A stretch of 64,000 nucleotides of DNA from Aulosira sp. ZfuVER01 (GCA_034530615.2 JAVRCV020000041.1:128001-192000); one strand, 5' to 3'; shown: positions 19,497-32,244, numbered from the stretch's first letter. The notes: generated from the letters alone by a model not told the origin. A program made the numbers and translations.

Positions 19497-22400
19497 TCAC
19501 TGTCTCATTGGAATTTCAATCACAAACTCAGTTCCCTCTCCTGGTGTAGACTCACAGAACAACTTTCCTTTGTGTTTATCTACAACAATTTGATAGCTAA
19601 TTGACAATCCTAGTCCTGTACCGCTCCCAACTGGCTTGGTGGTAAAAAATGGGTCAAAGATTTTTTGTTGCACCTCAGGATTCATACCAAGACCATTATC
19701 AACAATCCGAATCCTGACAGTATTTTTGTCTGCTAACTCGGTGAGAATGCGAATTTTAGGAACTTTTAATTGATGGTTTTTCCCATTTTTCATATTCCCT
19801 TCTTTATTTCTATCATCCAACGCATCGATCGCATTACTCAGGATATTCATAAACATCTGATTTAACTGACCAGCATAACAAGTCACCTCTGGCAGATCGC
19901 CATATTCTTTGATAACTTCTATCTCAGGACGGTCATTATTTGCTTGAAGTTTGTGTTGCAAAATCATTAAACTATTATCGATTCCCTCATGAATATCTAC
20001 GAGCTTCATGTCAGCTTCGTCTAATCGAGAGAAGTTGCGTAAACCTAAAACAATATTCCGGATGCGTGATGTTCCTATCTTCATAGAATCCAAAACCTTT
20101 GGCAAATCTTGCGCTAAGAAATTCAGGTCTATTTCTTCAGACTTTTCAGCAATTTGAGCCGAGGGATTGGGATATTCTTGCTGATAAATAGCAATCAAAT
20201 CTAATAGATCTTGCACGTACTCTTGTGTATGATTAATATTGCCGTGAATAAAGTTGATGGGGTTATTTATTTCATGGGCAACTCCCGCTACCATTTGCCC
20301 CAAACTAGACATTTTTTCACTTTGAATCAGTTGCGTTTGGGCGTTTTTTAAATCCAGTATTACTTGTTTTAATCGCTGATTATTCTCATTGAGTTCCTGT
20401 GTTCTACGTTCAACTTTCTCTTCTAAGTTATGGCTATATTCTTCTAAGCGTTCTTTTGCTTGTGCCAAGTCCTTGTAGAGGATAGCATTCTCTAGAGAGA
20501 TTGCCGCTTGGGTAGTAATTATTTGTAAAAGTTCTAGGCGATCGCGTGTAAACGCTCCTGTTGTCAGATTATTTTCTAGATACAATATCCCAATAAGTTT
20601 TCCTTGGTTGAGAATGGGAATACATAACAGACTCTTAGGTCGCTCGCGAATAATATAGCGATCGTTTGCTATAAATTCTTCTAATTTGGCATCATCAACA
20701 ATAAATCTTTCTTTTGTACGTTTGACATAATTAATCAAAGCAATTGGCAGAGCGGAGCTACCAGAAAGGCTAATTGATGGGAATTGCGTGCAAATGGATG
20801 ACAAAGCAGAATTGTAACTGATAGCAGTAACAGTTAAATCTAAATTTTCACCGGGATTGAGCATTAAAGCACATTTAGAAGCCCCAGCATTTTCCATAAC
20901 TACTTTCATTAAAGTAGATAACAATTGCTCTAGTTCAATTTCTCCAGAAAGTGCTTGTGAGGCTTTAATTACAGATGTCAAATCCAAAGAATCAGAAATA
21001 CTCTTACGAGAGCTAATAAAAGTTTGGTGGCTGCTTTGACTAGATAAAGTGGCGTGATGAGAAAAACTATTGTTTTCAGTGGTAGATGGACTTAGTTGAC
21101 CTTGCTGAAAAATTTGAGTAAGTAATTGGGGATAACGTTTCTCCAAATCGTCAACTTTGGCTTTTGCTCCCCAACGCAAATAACAATAATATGCATCAGT
21201 GAGGTAAGTTTGAGCTATCTTGTGTTTGCCCCATTCTAGATAAAATCGAGCAGCTAGTTCGTTAGCAAGAGCTTCTTCATTAATGTACTCATTTTCTCTA
21301 GCAAGCTCGATGGCGCGCTCATAATCATCCATTGCTTCAAGATATTTACTAAAAACCCGATTTATTTCTGCCTCGACTAAATAATACTTGTGTAAATTAT
21401 TCATTGGAGCATTATTTGCCCAATGATGCATTTTTTGCTGATTGGCTTTTACTCTGTCAATAATGTACTTTTGTTGAGATTCGCCTACATCAGAATACAC
21501 CGCGAGTTGTGCGAGAGAATCGTAAAAATAAAACAGAGGGAAAACAAGATTTCCTACACCAGCATATAAATATTTTTCTGCCAATGTGGCATTTTCAACT
21601 GCTTGACTAAAATCCTTAAATAGGTAACTTAGCTGAAGCTTGGAGCAATATAGATATAACAGTCCACTTCCATCCTTAGCTTCAAGATGAATCGGCAGTA
21701 TTTTCTCTTCGTCGTATGCATTACCAATTAAACAATCAGGATTTTCTGCACCTTCAAGCAAGTTCAACACTGTTTGGTGATAAATACTATTCCAGTAACA
21801 AGCTCTTTCTTGTTTAATTTGATTAATTGCATTTCCGTAGTTTGCTATCTGCAATTCCAGCCCTATCAGTTCACTACCAATAAAATATGAATAGGAAGAA
21901 TAATTGTAAAGGGCAAAAGCTGCAAATTCCAAATCTCCAGTTTCTAGTCCCCTAGAGTAAGCCTCTAATAAGTACTGTAAACTTTCTTTTGTATGCTTTT
22001 TAAAATGTCTGATAGCACCATAAAATACCATCATTATCTTAGCTTGTACTTCTCTGAAGTTATAACGATCTACCAAACATAAAGCCAGCTTGCCAAATTT
22101 ATACCCCGATTCAATATCTCCTACTACCCCACAAAGTATAAATCCGTAAGTAACATAGGCATAAGCAGATAAAGGAGCGTTACCATATTTAAGCGATAAG
22201 TCAATTTGTTTCAAAATAACCAGTGGGAATAGCTCTGGAGCCACTGCATAAGAAAAAGTACCTGTAGTAGCTAGAATACGCATAGCTGCTAATTGTTGAG
22301 CTTCTACCATTTCTGGCAGATTGATTAAGCCTTCAATAGACTTATCAGTCAAGTGTGATGTTATTTCTTGCATTGCCAGTTGCACATCAGATTGACATGG

Positions 22401-25115
22401 ATTTTCAGGGAAGTAAACTCCCAAATCTTTAAGAACAGTCAGAGCAATTGTTACAGCTTCAAGAGTTCGGTTTTGGACTCCATAAGCTTTAATAATTAGT
22501 TCATAAACTTTCACTTTTTCTAGCAGCGTTTTGGTCTTTGACAATACTATTTCTGCTAATTGCTCTATCTCCTCAAATTCGCCTGCCAAGTAAGCAGCTT
22601 CTGCTGCTGTCTCATACAAAGCTAGGGTTAGCTCATATTTTTTATCCCAGCTATCATCAGCAAGTAATTCGATTCCAGTTTTTAAATAGTTAAGCGCAGA
22701 TGAATAAGCTGTTGATGCCAAAGCTTTACGTCCAGCAGTCAGATTCATTTCAGCTAAATGATCGCGTTTAGACTGGTGAGTAATGAACTCTAACGCGATA
22801 TTGAACTGATTGACAAGCTCAAAGATTTTTTCTTCTCGTTCTGCAATTGGGGTATTACTTAATAACAAGAGTCCAATTTTTAAGTGAATTGGCTTTTTTT
22901 GTTCTACAGGAATTAAAGAATAAGCAGCCTGCTGTACCCGGTCATGTACAAATTTATATTTGGGAAATTGGAAATCTGGAATTTGTGAATGTTGCTCTTC
23001 TTGAGGATTAAGATCCATTCCTAAATCATGCTCATCTTGAAATAACTTATAAGCATCATTTTGAGCTAAAACTAACCCATCACGTAATGCTGGCAATAAG
23101 TCAAATGATGTATCTAGGGTAGATTTTTCATGGACGATCGCCAGAGTTTTTAAATCAAACTCATTACCAATACACGCTGCTAGCATCAAGGCTTTTTGAG
23201 TATGTATTGGCAATTTTTCTATTTGGTTTGCCATGAACTTGACAACATCATCTGTTAGAGATAACGCTTCTATCTCTACAAGGTCATACTGCCAAAATCC
23301 TCCATTGAAGTTAAATTTAATTAAATTATCATCATGCAGAGTATTAAGAAATTGATTGCTAAAAAAGGGATTACCTTTAGTTTTGGCAAACACCATCTGG
23401 GTGAGAGGAGCAGCAGCAGCTTCTTGGCAATGCAGAGTATCAGCAATCAACCGGTTTAAATCTTCTTGAATTAAGGGTGCGAGACTAATATTATTAATAG
23501 TCACTCCCATTTTCTCAATCTCTTGGATTTTTAAATAAAGTGGGTGTGCATTTGAAACTTCGTTATCTCGATATGCACCAATCAGCAGCATTCCTCCACT
23601 TTCTGCTTTATTTCCTGCTTCACCTACAAGTTGGGAAGATGTGTTTTCACTCATTAATAGTTGAATGAATTTTAAAGAAGTCACATCTGCCCATTGCAAA
23701 TCATCTAAAAAAATTACCAGAGGATGTTCTTTTGTGGCGAATACTTGAATAAATCGCTGGAATAATAAATGAAACCGATTTTGATTAGCGCTACCAGAGA
23801 GTTCTATTACCTCAGGTTGCTTGCCAAGAATTAGTTCTAGTTCGGGTATCACATCAGTAATTACCTGACTTTGCTCACCTAATGCTGACAGAATATTAGT
23901 TTTCCACTGTTGAATTTGGGCATCAGTTTCACTGAGTAATTGCCCAATTAAATCTCGAAAGGCTTGCACTAATCCTGATAAAGGAATATCACGTTGAAAC
24001 TGATCGAATTTTCCTTTAATGAAGTAACTACGCTGCCGCACAATCGGTTTGTGGACTTCGTTAACCACAGCCGTTTTGCCTATCCCAGATAAACCCGTGA
24101 CTAACATCATTTCAGTTGTACCGCCTGCTACCCTTTCAAAAGCAGCAAGTAGGGTTTCTACTTCTTGTTGGCGACCATAGAGTTTTTCGGGGATGAGGAA
24201 ATTGTCTGAAAAATCGCGCACTCCCAACTCAAAAGCGGGAATATTTCCTGTGTCTTGCCACAAACAGCGACACTTCTCTAAGTCATGCTTAAGTCCGTGT
24301 GTACTCTGATAGCGGTCTTCCGCATTTTTCGCCATCAGCTTGTTAACGATCTCAGACAACATCAGGGGTATATTAGAGTTAATCTTGTTAGCTTTTAGCG
24401 GTTCTTTGGCAATGTGGGAATAAACTAACTCCATTGGGTCAGTGGTGGTGAAGGGTAACTGTCCAGTGAGGAGTTCAAAGAAGGTGACACCCAAAGAATA
24501 AAAATCAGTACGGTAGTCGATACCTCGGTTCATCCTTCCCGTCTGTTCGGGCGAAATGTATGCTAACGTGCCTTCTAAGACGTTGGGATTGGTAAGGAAT
24601 TGAATTTCTCTTGGTAAAAGAGTAGCCAGACTAAAGTCAATGATTTTTACCTCGCCTGTAGTGGGATTTATCAGAATGTTGGCGGGTTTGATATCTTTGT
24701 GGATGATGCGATCGCGATGCAGACCCTCCAAGATTGATGTAATTTCGATGGACATAGAAAAAAACTCGCTCAGAGACACAGAATTTTTGCCTATTCTCTG
24801 ATTAGCCAATTGCCAGTCTTTGAGGGAAACGCCCCCATAATCTTCCATGACTAAGGCATAGCTGTTGCGATAGTTTTCTAAGCTTAAGGGTTTGACTATG
24901 CCAGGAATTTCGAGGTTTTTGGTGATGTTGTATTGATTGCGGAATTGAGCAATTTCAGTGAAGGTAGGATACTCACTCCGCATCAGTTTAATAATGACTG
25001 GTTTTTGGTCTTGTTCTCTAATACCCCGATAAACAATAGTTTTACTACCTGAGTAAATTTTTTCTGTAATCCGATAGCCTGCAATATTATTTAATGAATT
25101 AATTACAATTGACAT
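19497..25115 (-). CDS. HstK-type multidomain kinase (Ser/Thr kinase-AAA ATPase-GAF-histidine kinase)
   Basis: [18 protein letters not shown]-loop [32 protein letters not shown]. Confidence 0.93.
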   Translation of the reverse strand: MSIVINSLNNIAGYRITEKIYSGSKTIVYRGIREQDQKPVIIKLMRSEYPTFTEIAQFRNQYNITKNLEIPGIVKPLSLENYRNSYALVMEDYGGVSLKDWQLANQRIGKNSVSLSEFFSMSIEITSILEGLHRDRIIHKDIKPANILINPTTGEVKIIDFSLATLLPREIQFLTNPNVLEGTLAYISPEQTGRMNRGIDYRTDFYSLGVTFFELLTGQLPFTTTDPMELVYSHIAKEPLKANKINSNIPLMLSEIVNKLMAKNAEDRYQSTHGLKHDLEKCRCLWQDTGNIPAFELGVRDFSDNFLIPEKLYGRQQEVETLLAAFERVAGGTTEMMLVTGLSGIGKTAVVNEVHKPIVRQRSYFIKGKFDQFQRDIPLSGLVQAFRDLIGQLLSETDAQIQQWKTNILSALGEQSQVITDVIPELELILGKQPEVIELSGSANQNRFHLLFQRFIQVFATKEHPLVIFLDDLQWADVTSLKFIQLLMSENTSSQLVGEAGNKAESGGMLLIGAYRDNEVSNAHPLYLKIQEIEKMGVTINNISLAPLIQEDLNRLIADTLHCQEAAAAPLTQMVFAKTKGNPFFSNQFLNTLHDDNLIKFNFNGGFWQYDLVEIEALSLTDDVVKFMANQIEKLPIHTQKALMLAACIGNEFDLKTLAIVHEKSTLDTSFDLLPALRDGLVLAQNDAYKLFQDEHDLGMDLNPQEEQHSQIPDFQFPKYKFVHDRVQQAAYSLIPVEQKKPIHLKIGLLLLSNTPIAEREEKIFELVNQFNIALEFITHQSKRDHLAEMNLTAGRKALASTAYSSALNYLKTGIELLADDSWDKKYELTLALYETAAEAAYLAGEFEEIEQLAEIVLSKTKTLLEKVKVYELIIKAYGVQNRTLEAVTIALTVLKDLGVYFPENPCQSDVQLAMQEITSHLTDKSIEGLINLPEMVEAQQLAAMRILATTGTFSYAVAPELFPLVILKQIDLSLKYGNAPLSAYAYVTYGFILCGVVGDIESGYKFGKLALCLVDRYNFREVQAKIMMVFYGAIRHFKKHTKESLQYLLEAYSRGLETGDLEFAAFALYNYSSYSYFIGSELIGLELQIANYGNAINQIKQERACYWNSIYHQTVLNLLEGAENPDCLIGNAYDEEKILPIHLEAKDGSGLLYLYCSKLQLSYLFKDFSQAVENATLAEKYLYAGVGNLVFPLFYFYDSLAQLAVYSDVGESQQKYIIDRVKANQQKMHHWANNAPMNNLHKYYLVEAEINRVFSKYLEAMDDYERAIELARENEYINEEALANELAARFYLEWGKHKIAQTYLTDAYYCYLRWGAKAKVDDLEKRYPQLLTQIFQQGQLSPSTTENNSFSHHATLSSQSSHQTFISSRKSISDSLDLTSVIKASQALSGEIELEQLLSTLMKVVMENAGASKCALMLNPGENLDLTVTAISYNSALSSICTQFPSISLSGSSALPIALINYVKRTKERFIVDDAKLEEFIANDRYIIRERPKSLLCIPILNQGKLIGILYLENNLTTGAFTRDRLELLQIITTQAAISLENAILYKDLAQAKERLEEYSHNLEEKVERRTQELNENNQRLKQVILDLKNAQTQLIQSEKMSSLGQMVAGVAHEINNPINFIHGNINHTQEYVQDLLDLIAIYQQEYPNPSAQIAEKSEEIDLNFLAQDLPKVLDSMKIGTSRIRNIVLGLRNFSRLDEADMKLVDIHEGIDNSLMILQHKLQANNDRPEIEVIKEYGDLPEVTCYAGQLNQMFMNILSNAIDALDDRNKEGNMKNGKNHQLKVPKIRILTELADKNTVRIRIVDNGLGMNPEVQQKIFDPFFTTKPVGSGTGLGLSISYQIVVDKHKGKLFCESTPGEGTEFVIEIPMRQ

Positions 25116-25147
25116 TTTACTTTAGGTTAATAGTCTTGGTGCTATTT

Positions 25148-25156
25148 AGTATTCCC
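25148..25156 (-). promoter_or_regulatory. SigJ-type promoter box GGGAATACT
   Basis: AGTATTCCC on + reads GGGAATACT on -, 32 nt upstream of the kinase ATG at 25115. Confidence 0.55.
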
Positions 25157-25527
25157 ATTTCATAATTTCGACTATCATTAAAATTTTATAAAATTGTATA
25201 TAAATACACACCTTTACCGAACTAAGTAAATACCGTAAGCTATTGAAAATAGTTATTTAATAATATGAATTTTGTAATTCACAAGACATTTTTTTAAACC
25301 AGAAAGATGTAGATCTGCGCGTAGAAAATGGTAGAGCTTGGTTCTTCGTTAATTTTGAGCTACTGTTAAAATTTAATGTTGTACTTGTTACTTAATGTGT
25401 TTACTAAGTTCAACAGATAGTTTGAGGATGCGATCGCATAGGTAGAGTAGATCTACTTAACCCAAATGTAGGAAGTATTTTTACAGGTATCGTGCGAACC
25501 TAGAAATAATTCATCTAGGATAAATTT

Positions 25528-25899
25528 ATGGCGAAAGAATCACAAAACAGCCTAGAGTCATCCCACGATGTCAGAGTCGCTGCTACCTCAAAAATCTGGG
25601 GAACTACAGTAGGAATCCTAGCGTTATGCATTCCGCTTTCAGCGGTAACAAGAAGTGGTGCTATTCTACCTTTAGCTGCTATTGGTGGTGCAGCAGCGGG
25701 TACGGTGGCTGTATGGCGTTCTGATGATAAAAAATCAAAACCTAACTATCTGCAACAGCAGCAGATAGAACTTTTAGAAACAAGAATAGCGAATTTAGAA
25801 ACGATTATTAGCAGCAATGACTTTGATTTACATATGAAAATTCAAAAATTAGAGGCAAGCAATAGCACTCAACAGTCACTTCCTGAACATCAAGCTTAA
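25528..25899 (+). CDS. Small membrane protein with C-terminal coiled coil, function unknown
   Basis: AGGA upstream; two hydrophobic segments followed by LETRIANLETI. Confidence 0.75.
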   Translation: MAKESQNSLESSHDVRVAATSKIWGTTVGILALCIPLSAVTRSGAILPLAAIGGAAAGTVAVWRSDDKKSKPNYLQQQQIELLETRIANLETIISSNDFDLHMKIQKLEASNSTQQSLPEHQA

Positions 25900-26302
25900 A
25901 ATTTAACGTATATTCTAATTTATACACATCTGATATCGTAATCCTTTGAGCCAGCGAAATCAGATGATTTTGACATAGTTATTAATAGCGTACCACCGTT
26001 GCGCCCCTTTTTGTCAGCCTTTGATTGCACTATTTTTTGCTGCTAGAACTGTTTCCATCGAAACAATATATTGCTCTGCATTTTAGTTAGAATGATTTGA
26101 CATCAATTAACTCTCTATACCTTAGACATATCAGTTAATGGTATGTTTGGGCGCTACTAGGTGTATCTCTACTGTGAACTCATGCTTTGTGCTTGTGTTC
26201 TATTAGACTGCTAAAATTACTGAATTTTAATCAATAACGATTATAAACTTGAGTAATTGTTTGGTATAGCTTACCTTAGGTATGCAATAGTGTTTGCCTC
26301 TC

Positions 26303-28096
26303 ATGCAGATGGATTGGATTAGCTTACTCAAAGCTCAACAAGCTGACTTCCTACAACGTGTCAAAAAGCTGAAAACACATGACTTATCTTTACTGAAAAG
26401 CCAAATTAAAGGTTGTCACAGTGAAATCATGACCTTTTGGGGTGAGCCATTGGCCAAAATAATGGAATTGTCTTGTCAACAAGCAGAAATTTTGGCTAAA
26501 AATCCACCACCAATACCACCTGAATATCCTGAACCACCTGACTGGACGATACCCTTTCCCCAGCACTTTCAACAACAAGCGCAAGATTATATTTTGCGCG
26601 AACAAATTGTCGATCGGGTGATGACGGAACGCCTGGGTAAGTTGGTGAAAAAGGTGTCGCAAGACACTATAAAAAATATGGTTTTAGATGATGAGGGAAA
26701 TTTACGCAGTCATAGTAAATTTTCTTATATACTCACAGCTAACCAAAAACTGAGTATTCAAGTTTACGCGGCTGATGGCGAAAGTTTTAATGCAATTAAG
26801 AAGAATAAAATTAAGTGGTCAGTTACTCAAGAAGATCTGCAAAAACATCAAGTATTAATTTTTCTGGCTTTATTTTATCCAGAGCATGGTAAATTAGGAT
26901 ACGAAAAACAAGTAGTAATTACTGGATTTTTACCTAGCGCTCAACTGGAATTTACTGAACAAAAAATTTCCATTACTCCTGGTAACTTATTGTATGGAGG
27001 TGGATTAAGTTGGTATTTAGAATCACTAGTAAATAAAAAAGATGTGGTACTACTGCTTAATGAAGGGGCGATCGCAGAAACAGTTGTAACTGTACCAGCA
27101 GAACATCCGCTAAAGAAGATCGTCGGTGACTGGGAATACTGGCAGACCTTGAAAGGGCATACTAGAGGAATTAATTGCCTTGCCTATTCTGCTAGAACGC
27201 ATACCACTAACATTGATAGATGTAGTCTGAACACAACACCGCCGATATTAGCCAGTGGAAGTCGTGGCGAAACAAAGCTATGGGATTTAACTAAGGGTGA
27301 ATTAATCGAGACATTATCAGAGTCGCCTTGGGTTGTATCTGGACTAGTAGATGAAGTCAACTCCTTAGCTTTTAGTTCGGATGGACAGACTTTAGCTAGT
27401 GTGGGTGCAGATTCGACAATTAAAATTTGGCACGTAGGTGCATTAGATTTGATCGATATCTTGCACAAGCATAATGGAGTAGTCAGATGTGTTGCCTTTA
27501 CCCCAGATGGCAGAATGTTGGCTACTGGTGGGGATGACCGCAAAATTCTGTTTTGGGATTTGATGAAGCGTCAAGTCGCGATCGCTCTTTCTTTAGATGA
27601 TACAGCAGCTCATTCTTTGGCATTGAGCCAAGATGGTCAAACTCTCGTCACCGGTAGCTACCGCAAAATCAAAGTCTGGTGTACTTCTCACCTAGCAGGT
27701 GTGACAGATTTAAAAGATGTGCAACCCCTATACAACCTCATGGGTCATTCTCACATCGTTCGTGCCCTGGCTATCAGTGGCGATGGTAAACTACTCGTCA
27801 GTGGTAGCCGCGATCAAACAATTAAAATTTGGCAGTTGGAAACAGGGGAATTAATTCGTACCCTAAAGGGACATCAGGATGAAGTCTGCGCGATCGCCCT
27901 CAGTCCCGATGAACGAATTATCGCTAGTGGTAGTGCTGATAAAACTATCAAATTATGGCATTTAGAAACCGGAGAACTTCTAAGTACTTTTACTGGGCAT
28001 ACTGACACGGTAACAGCAGTGGCCTTTACTACTTCCGGTGAAATGCTAGTCAGTGGGAGTTTGGATAAAACAATTAAAATGTGGCAGCGAAGTTGA
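26303..28096 (+). CDS. WD40-repeat protein with an uncharacterised N-terminal domain
   Basis: Repeated GH...V..(L/V)A.S.DG..L.SGS.D.TIK.W units. Start codon uncertain (26294-26309). Confidence 0.88.
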   Translation: MQMDWISLLKAQQADFLQRVKKLKTHDLSLLKSQIKGCHSEIMTFWGEPLAKIMELSCQQAEILAKNPPPIPPEYPEPPDWTIPFPQHFQQQAQDYILREQIVDRVMTERLGKLVKKVSQDTIKNMVLDDEGNLRSHSKFSYILTANQKLSIQVYAADGESFNAIKKNKIKWSVTQEDLQKHQVLIFLALFYPEHGKLGYEKQVVITGFLPSAQLEFTEQKISITPGNLLYGGGLSWYLESLVNKKDVVLLLNEGAIAETVVTVPAEHPLKKIVGDWEYWQTLKGHTRGINCLAYSARTHTTNIDRCSLNTTPPILASGSRGETKLWDLTKGELIETLSESPWVVSGLVDEVNSLAFSSDGQTLASVGADSTIKIWHVGALDLIDILHKHNGVVRCVAFTPDGRMLATGGDDRKILFWDLMKRQVAIALSLDDTAAHSLALSQDGQTLVTGSYRKIKVWCTSHLAGVTDLKDVQPLYNLMGHSHIVRALAISGDGKLLVSGSRDQTIKIWQLETGELIRTLKGHQDEVCAIALSPDERIIASGSADKTIKLWHLETGELLSTFTGHTDTVTAVAFTTSGEMLVSGSLDKTIKMWQRS

Positions 28097-28696
28097 ATAT
28101 CTCCAGAAATACTCCCAAAAGTAACTCGCAAGTGTTTATACTATTTTGCCAGACAGGGTGCTTCCTAATATTTGGCATAATTTCAACGCCTTGTGAGTTA
28201 CCAAACAGGGTGCCACTTTTTTAATATCACACGTATTAAAAATCACTTACTTTACTAAAACTTTATAAAGTATTTCAGCTTATCTAGTTGTTGGCTAATA
28301 AGTAAAAATCTATCCTTTAGCGTATTTACATAGCTATAAGGTAGCTGAACTAATATATTTTTTACGTAAAGAGACGGAATAAAGTTGTTTTTTTTACCAA
28401 ATTTTCGTAAATTAAGTAAGTTCTCTAAGTGCAAATAATTTATACATAAATCGTCTGCGCGCGAAAAAGCTAATTTAAAGGCTGAAATTGTCTTTAAACA
28501 TAAGTTCGCCTGCCAGGTGTGCAGCTACTAATACTTTTGTATTTGTCTAACTTTTAGCACCTATCCGCTGTTAATTTACTTGTCATGAATTTGCGGTGGG
28601 TAGGTACTACAAGTGTGATTGCGTAAAGTATGCAATCACACGCAACTTTTGTATACTCAATTTTCCACAACACCTAATTTTTCAGGAATGAATTCC

Positions 28697-29338
28697 ATGA
28701 CTAGTGCAACTCTCTTCAAGAAGTTATCAATTGCTACTGCTGGAGCAGTGTTTATCGGTATGGGGATGGGAGGAACCGCCCATGCTGCCGCAATTAACTT
28801 TGATTCACCTACAGTAGACTTTACTAATGGTGCTTGGAGCCTTGGTTTTAAATTTTCTACCAATAAACAAGTAACGGTTAATCAACTTGGTTTTTACGAT
28901 GACCAAAAAAATGATTTAACTCAAACCCATGATGTTGGTATATTTAATGACGCTGGCGCTCTACTAGTATCAGGAACGGTGAAACCAGGCGATACATTAG
29001 ATGGTTGGTTTCGCTATACATCTGTTGCTCAAACAATATTAGATGCTGGCAAAACCTTTGTGATCGCTGCTACTACTGGATCGGAAAATTACACTTGGAA
29101 CCCAAATGGCTTTACAGTAGACCCAGCCATAAACTTAATCAATGATATATATAAGAGCAGCGCTGCTTTAGCTTTCCCAACTGACGGGCCCGATCAAGTA
29201 AAAGGATACTTTGGGCCGAACTTCAAAACGGCTGAATCCGTTCCTGAACCCCTAACTCTAGGTGGTACAGTACTAGCTGGTGGCATTGGCTTGCTAATAA
29301 AGAAGAGAAAAGCAGCTTCTCAGCAGGCTAAAGCTTAA
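28697..29338 (+). CDS. PEP-CTERM-sorted secreted protein
   Basis: Signal peptide ending AHA; C-terminal VPEP + TM + KKRK. Confidence 0.88.
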   Translation: MTSATLFKKLSIATAGAVFIGMGMGGTAHAAAINFDSPTVDFTNGAWSLGFKFSTNKQVTVNQLGFYDDQKNDLTQTHDVGIFNDAGALLVSGTVKPGDTLDGWFRYTSVAQTILDAGKTFVIAATTGSENYTWNPNGFTVDPAINLINDIYKSSAALAFPTDGPDQVKGYFGPNFKTAESVPEPLTLGGTVLAGGIGLLIKKRKAASQQAKA

Positions 29339-29657
29339 CAATAATCCGATTTCAGCGACAAGCACCCGATCGCTTATTTCAATGGGGGAGTCAGAGATAT
29401 TGTAAATTAGCTGGATAAGTATTTTTTACTAACAAGCCAAGATGCAAAAATTTTCTTTGTGTCTTGGTTTTTTAGCACAATATTCTTAATTCTTTCTAAA
29501 AATAGAAAATTACATATATAGCAGAATCTCATAGCCTTAATCAAAAAAAGCCAATTATAAAGTAATATTACAAACCTTGGAAAAATATTGAGAAATTGGC
29601 TGCTAGCCAAACCTGGCTCTAAGGTAGAACCTATAGGAGAGACTTGAGGCGAATGTG

Positions 29658-29975
29658 ATGAACATGAATAATATTCAAAACTATCGATTTGTCTGTACGT
29701 TGACCTTTGGTGATATCTACGGTCAAATAATTGTTTGGTTAATTACAATTACCATTAGTTTGGCGTCAGCATTGGCACTCATGGGTGCCAGAAGACCAGT
29801 TTATGCTTTAGCCACAGTTGGCCTCGTAGTTCTGCTATCGCTGCCTTTCTTGTTATTTGCGTTTGTAACTACATTGTTAAATCATATTGAATTAACTGCT
29901 GTAGAGCCAAGGACAAAAACTGAACCTATACCAGGTAATGTTTCCCAGCAAAAACCCGTACAAGCAACCAGCTGA
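29658..29975 (+). CDS. Conserved cyanobacterial-type membrane protein, function unknown
   Basis: GAGG upstream; CTLTFGDIYGQII plus two TM helices. Start uncertain. Confidence 0.75.
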   Translation: MNMNNIQNYRFVCTLTFGDIYGQIIVWLITITISLASALALMGARRPVYALATVGLVVLLSLPFLLFAFVTTLLNHIELTAVEPRTKTEPIPGNVSQQKPVQATS

Positions 29976-30102
29976 ACAGATGTAAAAAGTGGAGATTTGC
30001 GTTTTGGGATTGAGTCGTCTGGCTAAAGAATTATAAATATCCAACCGACGAGTTGCCTAATTTATGCAAAATCTCAAATTACAATCCAAAATCGCAATCA
30101 TC

Positions 30103-30131
30103 TCCCTGTCGTCCTGTGGCAGGGAATTTCT
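30103..30131 (+). terminator. Putative intrinsic terminator
   Basis: TCCCTGTC-N7-GGCAGGGA followed by a T-rich tract. Confidence 0.45.
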
Positions 30132-30333
30132 TTCTTAGGGCTAAAGCTGCGTACCATATTTTTCTCGTGGAGATTGTCTCAAGTCAAGAGTCCAAAGTCC
30201 AAAGTCAAGAGTAAATTAACTCTTGACTATTGACTATTGAGCATTAAACTTCTTGCATGAATATTTAAGAACAAGAACAAAGGGATAGTTTTTTATTCAT
30301 AATTCATAATTCACGGAAGAGTAAAAATTAATT

Positions 30334-32061
30334 ATGCTTGAACATGATGTAATTATTGTCGGGGGTGGCTTGGCTGGATGCCGTGCGGCTGTGGAAATTG
30401 CCCGTATTAACCCCAGTTTAAATATTGCTGTGGTTGCTAAAACTCACCCAATTCGTTCGCACTCGGTGGCAGCGCAAGGTGGTATGGCAGCATCTTTGAA
30501 AAATGTTGATTCAGAAGATAGTTGGGAAGCGCACGCATTTGATACTGTCAAGGGTTCCGACTATTTGGCAGACCAAGACGCTGTAGCCATTCTCGCCCAG
30601 GAAGCGCCAGATGTGGTAATTGACTTAGAACACATGGGCGTCTTGTTCTCGCGTTTGCCAGATGGGCGGATTGCCCAAAGAGCTTTTGGCGGACATTCCC
30701 ATAACCGTACTTGCTACGCCGCTGATAAAACTGGTCACGCAATTTTGCACGAATTGGTGAATAACTTACGACGTTATGGTGTGCAAGTTTACCAAGAATG
30801 GTACGTAATGCGCCTGATTTTGGAAGAGGCTCAGGCAAAGGGTGTAGTGATGTACAGCCTCTTGGATGGCCGGATAGAGGTGTTACGGGCTAAGGCAGTA
30901 ATGTTTGCCACTGGAGGCTATGGTCGCGTTTATAACACTACCTCTAATGATTACGCTTCCACTGGCGACGGTTTGGCAATGACTGCGATCGCAGGTTTAC
31001 CTCTCGAAGATATGGAATTTGTACAATTCCATCCTACAGGCTTATATCCGGTAGGGGTGCTGATTTCCGAAGCAGTGCGGGGAGAAGGGGCATATCTGAT
31101 CAACTCCCTTGGCGATCGCTTTATGGCTAACTACGCACCCAGCCGCATGGAACTGGCTCCCCGTGATATTACTTCAAGAGCGATCGCTTACGAAATTCGC
31201 GCTGGGCGTGGTATCCATCCTGATGGTAGTGCGGGAGGGCCGTTTGTCTATCTGGACTTGCGCCACATGGGCAAAGAAAAAATTATGAGTCGCGTTCCCT
31301 TCTGTTGGGAAGAAGCCCATCGCTTAGTTGGTGTTGATGCTGTGACTCAACCTATGCCTGTACGTCCTACCATTCATTATTGTATGGGTGGTATCCCGGT
31401 TAACACTGATGGTAGAGTCCGCAGTAATGGTGATGAATTCGTAGAAGGCTTTTTTGCTGCGGGCGAAACATCTTGTGTTTCCGTGCATGGTGCCAACCGC
31501 CTTGGTAGTAATTCCCTACTAGAATGTGTAGTTTATGGTAAGCGAACGGGGGCAGCGATCGCGCAATTTGTGCAAAACCGCAAATTACCCACAGTAGACG
31601 AACAACGGTACATCAAAGAAGCTAAGGAACAAATCCAAGCTTTGCTAGAACAGCCGGGAAAATACCGGATTAACCAAGTCCGTCAAGCCTTCCAAGATTG
31701 TATGACTCAGTACTGTGGCGTTTTCCGCACCGCAGAATTAATGCAGGAGGGTTTACATAAACTCGCAGAATTACAACAGCAATATCCACAAGTATACTTA
31801 GACGATAAAGGCAATTCTTGGAATACAGAAATTGTAGAAGCATTGGAATTACGGAGTTTAATGGTAGTGGGGCAGACAATTCTCGCATCCGCACTGAACC
31901 GTCAAGAAAGCCGCGGTGCACACTTCCGCGAGGATTATCCCCAAAGAGATGATGAAAAATTCCTTCAGCATACAATGGCTTACTATTCCCCAGCAGGCAT
32001 TGATATCCAGTATCGCCCCGTAGCGATTACCATGTTTGAGCCTAAAGAAAGGAAATATTAA
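30334..32061 (+). CDS. sdhA: Succinate dehydrogenase/fumarate reductase flavoprotein subunit
   Basis: GGGLAG, RSHSVAAQGG, QFHPTG, SEAVRGEG, HYCMGG, VHGANRLGSNSLLE, ESRGAH. Confidence 0.96.
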   Translation: MLEHDVIIVGGGLAGCRAAVEIARINPSLNIAVVAKTHPIRSHSVAAQGGMAASLKNVDSEDSWEAHAFDTVKGSDYLADQDAVAILAQEAPDVVIDLEHMGVLFSRLPDGRIAQRAFGGHSHNRTCYAADKTGHAILHELVNNLRRYGVQVYQEWYVMRLILEEAQAKGVVMYSLLDGRIEVLRAKAVMFATGGYGRVYNTTSNDYASTGDGLAMTAIAGLPLEDMEFVQFHPTGLYPVGVLISEAVRGEGAYLINSLGDRFMANYAPSRMELAPRDITSRAIAYEIRAGRGIHPDGSAGGPFVYLDLRHMGKEKIMSRVPFCWEEAHRLVGVDAVTQPMPVRPTIHYCMGGIPVNTDGRVRSNGDEFVEGFFAAGETSCVSVHGANRLGSNSLLECVVYGKRTGAAIAQFVQNRKLPTVDEQRYIKEAKEQIQALLEQPGKYRINQVRQAFQDCMTQYCGVFRTAELMQEGLHKLAELQQQYPQVYLDDKGNSWNTEIVEALELRSLMVVGQTILASALNRQESRGAHFREDYPQRDDEKFLQHTMAYYSPAGIDIQYRPVAITMFEPKERKY

Positions 32062-32244
32062 GCGATTTAATCAAAACTAAGCATCAAAAAACCACAAATG
32101 AACGCTGATAAACATTAGTGTTCATTTTTGGTTAAATATCTAAAAAAATTGGGCAATTTTTGTTTACCTGAACTCATACAAGGGAACTCTAGAGAAGTAT
32201 ACGTAGAGTATTCAGGAAACCCAATCCGCTACGGTCACAAAGAT

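Noticed and set aside
29992..30076. Imperfect long hairpin as a possible ncRNA or riboswitch upstream of sdhA
   Set aside because: Pairing is loose, partly made of heptamer-like repeats, and matches no motif I recognise.
30334..32061. Functional link between sdhA and the PknG-like operon (PknG controls TCA flux in actinobacteria)
   Set aside because: Opposite strand and separated by an unrelated kinase; proximity alone is not evidence.
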